NCBI GenBank assembly: GCA_040218735.1
Contig: JAVJQW010000012.1
Coordinates: 32,001 to 96,000 of the forward strand
DNA from: Deltaproteobacteria bacterium
GTDB taxonomy: Bacteria; Myxococcota; Kuafuiibacteriia; Kuafuiibacteriales; Kuafuiibacteriaceae
DNA length: 64,000 bases
Direction of reading: 5' to 3'
A model generated the notes under the pieces. It worked only from the letters and a program-made list of their open reading frames with translations. It was not told the origin of the DNA and did no database searches. The number at the start of each line of letters is the position of its first letter. Within the stretch, counting starts at the first letter, position 1. The position numbers and the translations under genes were made by a program. This document shows, piece by piece, positions 20,482 through 28,202 of this stretch.

Positions 20482-22029
20482 ATGACCGCCGACCTGCGCC
20501 GCACCGCCATCCTACTCGCCACACTCCCCATCTTCGCTTGCGGAGAAGATCCCGTCGCCCCCATCGGCGATACACCGGACGTCGCGACCGCACCGCACGT
20601 GCTCGCACTTTCGACTTACGGCGCGAGCGTCGGCACCCTCGTCGAGGTGTACGGCGAGAACTTCGGCGCCATCGATGGTTCCGTCGCCAACCTCCTGTTC
20701 GAAGGCCACTTCCTCCACAACGACGGCACGGTCGAGACCGTCTCGTCGATCCAGGACGCCCGCATCGTCGACAAGTCCACGATGCGCTGGACGTCCTACG
20801 GCCCCTACGCCAACCCGTTCACCACGGACGGCTCCGGCATCGGGACGTTCGAAGGCACCGTCGCCGCGCTCATCACCGAGCCGGACGGCACCGCCCACGC
20901 CGACCCGCAGCCGATCGACGTGCGATTCGACGTCAAACCGTCGCTCCTCGTTCGCGGCTTCCAGCCCCTCACCGCGAGCTGCAATGGCAACGTCCTGCGC
21001 GGGATCGGCGGCGCGTCGTACCGCGTCGAGGTGGAGGCCATCGGCTTCGAGCCCGAGACCATCACCTACACCCTCGCGGCCCCCGGCATCCTCGAGTTCC
21101 CGACCTCCGTGCGGCACCTGACCTCGGACAAGATCGACAGCGTCGGTGACCGCGGCAACTTCCGGCTCCCGCAGGTCCCGGACGGCATCCCGTCCTACGG
21201 CGCCATCCTCACCGCGCAGGCGCGCGACGCCGAAGGCAACCTCTACAGCAACGCGTTCGGCTTCACGGTGCACCGTCCGATCGGCGTCTTCTACAACGGC
21301 AACATCGAGGTCGGCGAAGTCCTCGAGCCGACGCCCGTCTCGGGCTGCATCCCGGGCGGCGTGAACGGCCGACAGGTCCAGTACACCGAGTCGCAGGCGG
21401 AGACCCGCAGCCGCAGCTACGGCGTCAGCTGGAACCAGAGCTGGCTCGCCTCGCACACCGTCGCGAGCGGCAGCTCCGAGACGGTCGGCCTGTCGGAGCG
21501 CAACGGCGTCGGGTTCTCGACGACGGACGGCCAGTCCTTCAACTGGTCGCTCGGCGGCGAGGTCGGCGGCACGTTCGGCCTCGACAAACTCGTCTCGCTC
21601 GGCGTGAAGACGAGCGCCGAGGTCGGCGGCGAGCGTAGCCGGCAGACCTCGAACAGCGTCAACCGCGAGACCGGCGTGAACGCGTCCTCGACGACGACCG
21701 AGACCGAGTCCGTGTCGCAGTCGGCCGGCGGCGGCGTCGGTGAGCAGTTCGCATGGAACGTGAGCTCCTCGCAGGTCATCAGCCAGGGCTTCGGCGGGCA
21801 GGTCATCGCCGGCACCTTCGGCGTCTTCTACCGTCAGACGCTGCGCCTCACGCGGCGCGCGGCGCTCGTCGCCTACAACCAGTGCGGCTACGCGACGGTC
21901 GTCGGCGAGGTCGACTTCACCGACTGGACGTGGTCGCCGGACCTCGCCATCGGCAACAGCTGCCCGCCCCTCCCCGCGAGCAACCTCCCCACCGCGCAGT
22001 GCTACACGCCGCCGTGTGCCGGCCAATGA
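20482..22029 (+). CDS. Lipoprotein with Ig/IPT-like N-terminus and putative beta-pore-forming (aerolysin/ETX-like) C-terminal domain
   Basis: Lipobox IFAC; GTLVEVYGENF; long Ser/Thr/Gly alternating tract around FNWSLGGEVGGTFGLDKLVSLGVKTSAEVGG. CDS is certain, function is inferred. Confidence 0.6.
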   Translation: MTADLRRTAILLATLPIFACGEDPVAPIGDTPDVATAPHVLALSTYGASVGTLVEVYGENFGAIDGSVANLLFEGHFLHNDGTVETVSSIQDARIVDKSTMRWTSYGPYANPFTTDGSGIGTFEGTVAALITEPDGTAHADPQPIDVRFDVKPSLLVRGFQPLTASCNGNVLRGIGGASYRVEVEAIGFEPETITYTLAAPGILEFPTSVRHLTSDKIDSVGDRGNFRLPQVPDGIPSYGAILTAQARDAEGNLYSNAFGFTVHRPIGVFYNGNIEVGEVLEPTPVSGCIPGGVNGRQVQYTESQAETRSRSYGVSWNQSWLASHTVASGSSETVGLSERNGVGFSTTDGQSFNWSLGGEVGGTFGLDKLVSLGVKTSAEVGGERSRQTSNSVNRETGVNASSTTTETESVSQSAGGGVGEQFAWNVSSSQVISQGFGGQVIAGTFGVFYRQTLRLTRRAALVAYNQCGYATVVGEVDFTDWTWSPDLAIGNSCPPLPASNLPTAQCYTPPCAGQ

Positions 22030-22889
22030 ACCGCTACGCCGCGTCGACGATCGCGGCGTTGGCGTTCGCCGCGTGTGGAGGGCCGACGATCGATCGTCCG
22101 GACGGCGGCCCGCTGTTCGAGATCGACGCCGGTGTCTTCGTGCCCGACCCGCCGCGGTGGGACGTGCGCGACATCGACACCCGCACGCCCTACGGCATCG
22201 CGACGCTCCGCGGACGCAGCGACGCGCGGCACGTGATCATCGAAGGGCTCGACAACCCGGTCCACCGGCGTGTGCTGCCCGACGGCACGTTCTGCATCGA
22301 CCTCGATCTCGGCGGCCCGGGCAGCTACGTGTTCACGGCGATCGGCCTCGACGGCGGTGAGCGCTCCGGCGCGAGCGACCCGATCACCATCGAGTTCGAT
22401 CCGAACGCCCCGGACCTCCCGCAGGCGACGACCTGCAGCGGCGACCACCCCGCCGCGTGCCTCAACGCCGTGGAGATCTGCGGCAACATGCGCGACGACG
22501 ACTGCAACAGCCTCATCGACGAGGAAGATCCGACGTGCGCGATCTGCACGAACGACCCCTTCGAGCCGAACGACGATCCGAGCGCGCCACAGGTCGAGCC
22601 GGGCACGATCACCGACCTGCAGTTGTGCCCCGACGACGTGGACTACTACGGCGTGTTCGCGGACGAGAACCAGACCATCACCGCGCGCATTTTGTTCTTC
22701 CACTCCGAGGGCAACCTCGACCTGATCCTCTACGGACCGAACCGGACCAAGGTGATCGCGCAGAGCCTCTCGGACACGAACAACGAGACGATCACCCACA
22801 CGGCGACCCAGGCGGACGTCTACTCGATCGAGGTCTCCGCGGAGCGCAACGTCTCGAACAGCTACACCCTCGAGCTCGAAGTCAACTGA
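22026..22889 (+). CDS. Lipoprotein with DDDC motif and PPC-like domain
   Basis: ATGA overlap; lipobox FAAC; EICGNMRDDDCNSLIDE; DPFEPND; DVDYY, GNLDLILY, YTLELEV. Confidence 0.78.
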   Translation: MNRYAASTIAALAFAACGGPTIDRPDGGPLFEIDAGVFVPDPPRWDVRDIDTRTPYGIATLRGRSDARHVIIEGLDNPVHRRVLPDGTFCIDLDLGGPGSYVFTAIGLDGGERSGASDPITIEFDPNAPDLPQATTCSGDHPAACLNAVEICGNMRDDDCNSLIDEEDPTCAICTNDPFEPNDDPSAPQVEPGTITDLQLCPDDVDYYGVFADENQTITARILFFHSEGNLDLILYGPNRTKVIAQSLSDTNNETITHTATQADVYSIEVSAERNVSNSYTLELEVN

Positions 22890-22899
22890 GTCGACCCTC

Positions 22900-24783
22900 A
22901 TGCGCGCGACCGCGATCCTGCTCGTGACGGTCGTCGCGACGGCCGCGCAGACGGCGTCGGCGGCGCCCACCGAGTGGAAGTGGCGGCAGATCCTCTCCGT
23001 CCCGCGCATCGGCGCGCGCCTCACCGCGATCGCCGTCGACGAGCAGGACCCGAATCGCATCTTCGTCGGCACGCAGGAGGGCACCGTCCTGCGCACGACC
23101 GACGGCGGCGTGACGTGGCGCGAGCTGGAGCTGCGGCCCTTCGTCGTCGCGGACCGCAGCCTCGGTCTGCGCGCGCCCGGCCTGCCCCGACTCGGCGCGA
23201 CCACGCCCGAGGACTTCAAGATGTTCGTCGACGCACCAGACCAGGAGGTCGGCGACCGCATCGGGATCTCCAGCGTCGCGAACCCGTTCGAGATCAAGCC
23301 GTCGTTCTTCTACGCGGGGTTCGTCGTCGAGGAGACGCCGCCGACCGTCGACGTCCTCAGCGCGGTCACCCGCTCCCGCTCGAGCGAGCTCAAGCCGGTG
23401 ATGCGCATCGCGATCTGCCCGGGCGCGCCCTTCCCGATCCTCGTCGCGACCAAACGCGACGTGTACGGCTCCTACGACGACGGCCTCACCTTCGTTCGGC
23501 TCTTCGCGAACCCGGGCCGCACCAACATCGACCATGTCCTCTGCGCACCGGGCCGCCCCAACGACGTCGCGGTGGCGACGCAGATCGGTTTGTTCCGCTC
23601 GCGCGACGGCGGCCTCACCTTCGACCAGGACCTCACCGCGTGGCCGGGGCAGCGCGCGACGGCGGTGGCGTACGGCCCGTCGAAGGATATCGGCGACGTC
23701 CGCCTCTACTCGGCCGCCGGCTCGGAGCTGTTCGCCGGTGACCTCGACGACCCGAACGGCCTGACGACCGTCTACCCGAACGACGCCTCCACCGCGCCCT
23801 GGCTCCCGATCTGGTGGATGGCCACCACGAAGGAGGGCGACGTCTGGCTCGCGACCGACGACGGCGTCCGCCGCTCGCGCGACAAGGGCGTCACCTGGGA
23901 GACCGTCGCGCGGACGTTGCTGTCGCGCCAGGCGGTCTGGCAGGTCGAGGTCGGCGAGAACGAAGACGGCGGCCGCCGCGTCGCGATCATCATCAACGTG
24001 CAACCGCGAAAGGCGCTGCAGAACTCCGTGATCTACGCGAGCGACGACGACGGCAAGACGTGGCACGGCTTCTTCACGGGCCTGTCGCGCCGCACGTTCC
24101 GGATGATGGCGACCGTGCCGAGCACGGCGGAGCGTCCCGCGGGCTGGTGGGTCGCGACGTCCGGCGGCATCTGGACCAACTGGCCCTCCCCGGCGCACCT
24201 CACGATCGACGGCGAAGCCGCCGCCTGGGCGGACGATCGCTTGAGTAGAACCGAGAGCCTCTACGACGTCCTGCAGGAGATGCTCGACAACCTCGACCTG
24301 TCCAACGAGGCGATCGTCGAGCTGATGCACAAACACCGCGTGTCCGCCTGGGTGCCGCGCGTCGACATGCGCTTCGAGTACACGGACCGCGGGTTCCTCG
24401 ACTTCGAGGGGCAATCGCCCAACGCGGGCATCAACCCGATCCGCATCCTCACGCAGCAGAACGATCTGCTGTGGAACCGCAACCTCGTGTACTTCCTCTT
24501 CCAGCTCTCGTGGCGCCTCGGGAGCCTGCTGTCGATCGACGAGCTCAACGCGTACACCCGCGGCCCGATGCACGAGCTCAGGCGCCAGATTCAGTTCGCC
24601 ACCGAGGACGCCTGGCACGAACGCCAGCAGCTCCTCCTCAATCTCAGCGAAGGCCTGAGCGATCCCGTTCAGGTCGAATCCACCAAGACCCGCATCGAAG
24701 CGTTGGAAGCGATGATGGCCGTCTGGCTCGGCCGGCCCTATCCTGCTTCCGCCGCCTTCGTGCGAGCGAGGTCCAAGCAATGA
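22900..24783 (+). CDS. Exported BNR/Asp-box beta-propeller fused to a single TolC/OEP-like repeat
   Basis: Signal peptide; five Asp boxes TTDGGVTW, SYDDGLTF, SRDGGLTF, SRDKGVTW, SDDDGKTW; C-terminal helix-AWVPRV-strand..LSWRL-helix pattern. Confidence 0.7.
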   Translation: MRATAILLVTVVATAAQTASAAPTEWKWRQILSVPRIGARLTAIAVDEQDPNRIFVGTQEGTVLRTTDGGVTWRELELRPFVVADRSLGLRAPGLPRLGATTPEDFKMFVDAPDQEVGDRIGISSVANPFEIKPSFFYAGFVVEETPPTVDVLSAVTRSRSSELKPVMRIAICPGAPFPILVATKRDVYGSYDDGLTFVRLFANPGRTNIDHVLCAPGRPNDVAVATQIGLFRSRDGGLTFDQDLTAWPGQRATAVAYGPSKDIGDVRLYSAAGSELFAGDLDDPNGLTTVYPNDASTAPWLPIWWMATTKEGDVWLATDDGVRRSRDKGVTWETVARTLLSRQAVWQVEVGENEDGGRRVAIIINVQPRKALQNSVIYASDDDGKTWHGFFTGLSRRTFRMMATVPSTAERPAGWWVATSGGIWTNWPSPAHLTIDGEAAAWADDRLSRTESLYDVLQEMLDNLDLSNEAIVELMHKHRVSAWVPRVDMRFEYTDRGFLDFEGQSPNAGINPIRILTQQNDLLWNRNLVYFLFQLSWRLGSLLSIDELNAYTRGPMHELRRQIQFATEDAWHERQQLLLNLSEGLSDPVQVESTKTRIEALEAMMAVWLGRPYPASAAFVRARSKQ

Positions 24784-25382
24784 AACAGCGAATCACCCTG
24801 CCCGTCCTGTTGGTCGGCCTCCTGTCCAGCGGCGTCGCCGCCGCGCAGGGGGGCGCCGAGGCGATCGAAAAAGCGAAGGCCCAGTTCGCCAAGGAGCCGG
24901 CCGTCGCCGAGGTCGTCGAGGTCGCCCTGCGTTACTTCCGCGTGCACCCCGACGTGCTCGACAGCCTGCGCACCAAGGCGAAGACCCGCGCGCTGCTCCC
25001 GCTCGTCGCGGCCGGCTACCGGTACGACGACGACCGCTTCATCCGGCGCGAGGAACAGTTCCCCGACCCGGTGCTGAACATCGACGAGAACCACAACATG
25101 CGCGCGAACTCGATGTCGGTCGGCGCGGTCTGGGACCTCCGCCAGCTGGTCTTCAACCCCGCCGAGGTGCAGGTGTTCGGCCTCATCGGCGTTCAGCGCG
25201 ACATCATGCTGGAGGCGACGCGGACGTACTACCTCAGGAAGCAGCTGGTGCTCCGCAAGCTGTACAGCCCGCCGACGGATCCGATGGCGGTCGCGGCGCT
25301 CGACATGCGCATCGACGAGTTCACCGCGCTGCTCGACGTGCTGACCGGCGGCTGGTTCTCGAAGCAGTCGAACGCGAGTTAG
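24780..25382 (+). CDS. Exported single-repeat TolC/OEP-like protein
   Basis: ATGA overlap; signal peptide; ALLPLV strand, VGAVWDL strand, ATRTYY helix, LDVLTGG end. Confidence 0.65.
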   Translation: MKQRITLPVLLVGLLSSGVAAAQGGAEAIEKAKAQFAKEPAVAEVVEVALRYFRVHPDVLDSLRTKAKTRALLPLVAAGYRYDDDRFIRREEQFPDPVLNIDENHNMRANSMSVGAVWDLRQLVFNPAEVQVFGLIGVQRDIMLEATRTYYLRKQLVLRKLYSPPTDPMAVAALDMRIDEFTALLDVLTGGWFSKQSNAS

Positions 25383-25795
25383 TCCAAGACACGTCCGCCG
25401 AGGAGCTCGTAGGCGACGCGGAGGAAGTCGGTCTCCGTGATGATGCCGGTGAGTTTGCCGGAGTGGTCCACGACGGGCAGCGCGCCGATCTTGCGGTCGA
25501 GCATCAGCGCCGCCGCCTCGTAGGCGCGGGTCTCGGGGCGGACGATGACCACGTCCTCTCGCATGACGCTGCGAATCGAGACGGCGTTGCCGAGCGACTC
25601 CCCCAACGCCACGAGCAGATCGCGGTGGCTGACGATACCCACGACCTGCTCCTCGTCGTCGACGACCGGGAGGTGCCGGATGTCGGCCAGCCGCATCTTG
25701 GCGTCGGCGAGCCCGACCTTCGCGTTGGCGTGAACGGTGACCACGGCCTGCGTGGCGAGGTCGGCGACGGTGGTGTTCGAGATCTGAGTGCTCAC
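25379..25795 (-). CDS. CBS-pair protein
   Basis: IRHLPVVD..VGIVSHRDL; IGALPVVD..GIITETDF. Confidence 0.9.
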   Translation of the reverse strand: MSTQISNTTVADLATQAVVTVHANAKVGLADAKMRLADIRHLPVVDDEEQVVGIVSHRDLLVALGESLGNAVSIRSVMREDVVIVRPETRAYEAAALMLDRKIGALPVVDHSGKLTGIITETDFLRVAYELLGGRVLD

Positions 25796-25875
25796 ACCCC
25801 TCGCCCCTGGAAGAAACGTTCCAGCCCGAAGTCGCGACGCCGCCGGCGGGTCACGTCACGGTTCGGTAGCGTTCG

Positions 25876-26883
25876 TCAGAGCCGCAGGACGAGCTTGCCG
25901 AAGTTTCCGCCCGAGAAGAGCTCGTTGAGGACGGCCGGGTAGGCGTCGATGCCGTCGTCGCGCACGTCCTCGCGCATCTTCAGCTGGCCATCGCGGTGCC
26001 AGGCGCCAAGCTGGGCGGTGGCCTCGTCGCCGCGCGCCGCGAAGTCGAAGACGATGAAGCCGCGGACCTCGAGGCGGTTCACGAGGATGCTCCGCAGCGC
26101 GGGGACGGAGAGCCCGCCGAGGTCCTCGGTCGCGTTGTAGTGGTGGATGAGGCCGCACACCGGGACACGCCCGAAGCGATTCATCCGCCGGAAACAGGCG
26201 TCGCCCACCGGGCCGCCGACGTTCTCGAAGTACACGTCGATGCGGTTCGGCGTGGCGGCCTTCAACTGGTCCACGAAGTCTTCGCGTTTGTAGTCGACGG
26301 CGGCGTCGAAACCGAGCTCCTCCGTGAGGAAGCTGCACTTGTCCGGCCCGCCCGCGATGCCGACCGCGCGCGCCCCCTGGAGCTTGGCGATCTGCCCGAC
26401 GATCTGCCCGACCGCGCCGGACGCCGCGGACACCACGACCGTCTCCCCCGCCTTCGGGCGCCCGAGATCGAGAAGGCCGAAGTAAGCGGTGCGGCCCGGC
26501 ATCCCGAGGCCGCCGACCCAACGCTCGACGGGCGCGGCGTCGAGATCGATCTTCGCGACGCCCTTGCCATCCGACACCGCGTAACGCTGCACGCCGAACA
26601 AACCGGCGACCGCGGTGCCCACCGGGAAATCCGGGTGGTTCGACGCGTCGACTCGGCCCGCCCCGTACGCGCGCATCACCGCGCCGAGATCGACGGGCGG
26701 GACGTAGGAGTGACCTTCGTTCATCCAGCCGCGCATCGCGGGGTCGAGCGAGATGACCTCGACGTGTACGCGAAACTCACCGGCGTTCGGCTCCGGGGCC
26801 GGCGCGTCGACGAAGTCGAAGTTGCTCGGGTCGACGAGGCCGACGGGTCGGCTCGCCAGGCGCACCATGCGGTTCGTGGTCAT
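25876..26883 (-). CDS. NADP-dependent oxidoreductase (CurA/YncB, PTGR-like)
   Basis: SLDPAMRGWM, GMPGRTAYFGL, SAASGAVG, YFENVGG, GNFGKLV. Confidence 0.93.
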   Translation of the reverse strand: MTTNRMVRLASRPVGLVDPSNFDFVDAPAPEPNAGEFRVHVEVISLDPAMRGWMNEGHSYVPPVDLGAVMRAYGAGRVDASNHPDFPVGTAVAGLFGVQRYAVSDGKGVAKIDLDAAPVERWVGGLGMPGRTAYFGLLDLGRPKAGETVVVSAASGAVGQIVGQIAKLQGARAVGIAGGPDKCSFLTEELGFDAAVDYKREDFVDQLKAATPNRIDVYFENVGGPVGDACFRRMNRFGRVPVCGLIHHYNATEDLGGLSVPALRSILVNRLEVRGFIVFDFAARGDEATAQLGAWHRDGQLKMREDVRDDGIDAYPAVLNELFSGGNFGKLVLRL

Positions 26884-26915
26884 GCCGTCGGCGTACCGCG
26901 CGGACACATCGCCGT

Positions 26916-28147
26916 CTACCGGCACTGCGTATCGAGGCGCACGACCTCCACCGTGTGTTCGACCGCCGGGGACCCCGCGTAGTTGAACGCGACGTACTCC
27001 CCGTCGAAGCCGAGCTCCACGGGCGCCCACAGGCGGCCGCAGCACAGGCATGGCGCGCCGGTCCTCCCCACGACGTTCGGAGCCTCGGGCCGCGACAGGT
27101 CCGTGACGCGCACCTCGGTCGTCGGATCGGGGCTCCCGGTGCACGGCAAGTCGGGTGTCGCGTAGTGCACCCAGGCCAGACGCGTGCCGACGAGGCGCGG
27201 CGCGAAGTAGAAGCCTTCGTCGTCGATGCGTCGATGGGTGCGTTCACCGTCGAAGTAGGTGAGGTGTGTACCGAGCGCCGGGTAGATCTCGCCACGGTCG
27301 CTGCACGCGGCGACGGCGCGCCCGCCCGAGGACGACGGCGGACCGCACGGCCCCGCGTCGAGCGTCACGACCCTGCGCGTCGCGAGGTCGAGGTGCATGA
27401 AGCTGGACCCCGCGAGGTAGAAGACCTGGTCGCCCGTCGACACCACGTTTGTGATGATCTCCGCGCTGCTCACGAGGGTCTCCATCGGGTCGTTCGGATC
27501 CGTCACCATCACCAACGAGGACCCCGCGCGACCGCGCAACGCGTAGAACAACCGGTCGTCGGTCACCGCGACCGAACCGACCTGCCCGAACGGGAGGACC
27601 GCGAGGTTCCCGTCGCGCCACCACCTCAGATCACCGCCGATGTGATACGCGACGCCGTTGGCGCTCACGCGCTGCGGGACACCGCCCTCGAAGGACACCG
27701 TCAGGTTCGGACGCTCGTCGTCGTCTCCCAGCGCCTCGACGAGCGTCTGCGTAGCGTTGACGTGTCGCCCCTGCCAGATCTCGTAGCGATCCGAGCCCCC
27801 GCCAACACAAAGGTCCCTTCGCGACCGCCCAAGACGAACGCGTCGACGCCCTCGGCCTCGATCCGCTCGCTGGACGTCGCGAGGTCCCGGTAGATCACCC
27901 GGGGCTCGCGCGGTCCGGACGCGACACGCATGAGCAGCTTGCCCGCGTCCACGACCAGCCCGTTCCACCCCGGCCACCCCGTGTCTTCGACGGACAAGGT
28001 GCGCGGCTCCAACCCCGGGATGCACGCGCCCGCGTCGAGCGCGACCGAGGCGTCGCGCGTTCCGTCGAGGCCGTCGAGTGCATCGGCGACGCACGCCCCG
28101 CACGTCAGGGCGGTCGCGAGCGACAGCAGGACACGGGACTTCGACAT
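26916..28147 (-). pseudogene. Lipoprotein (propeller-like) split by a single frameshift at a G5 run (27796-27800)
   Basis: N-half MSKSRVLLSLATALTCGAC...GTFVLAG continues as GSDRYEIWQG...CR in another frame; one extra G restores a single ORF. Confidence 0.65.
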
Positions 28148-28202
28148 GACGACGACCGGGGGATATTGACGGCAGCCCTCGTTTCGAAGCAATCGGACGA
28201 CG

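Noticed and set aside
22900-25382. Ordinary TolC efflux or type I secretion locus
   Set aside because: Each protein has only one OEP-like repeat and no pump or membrane-fusion gene is present
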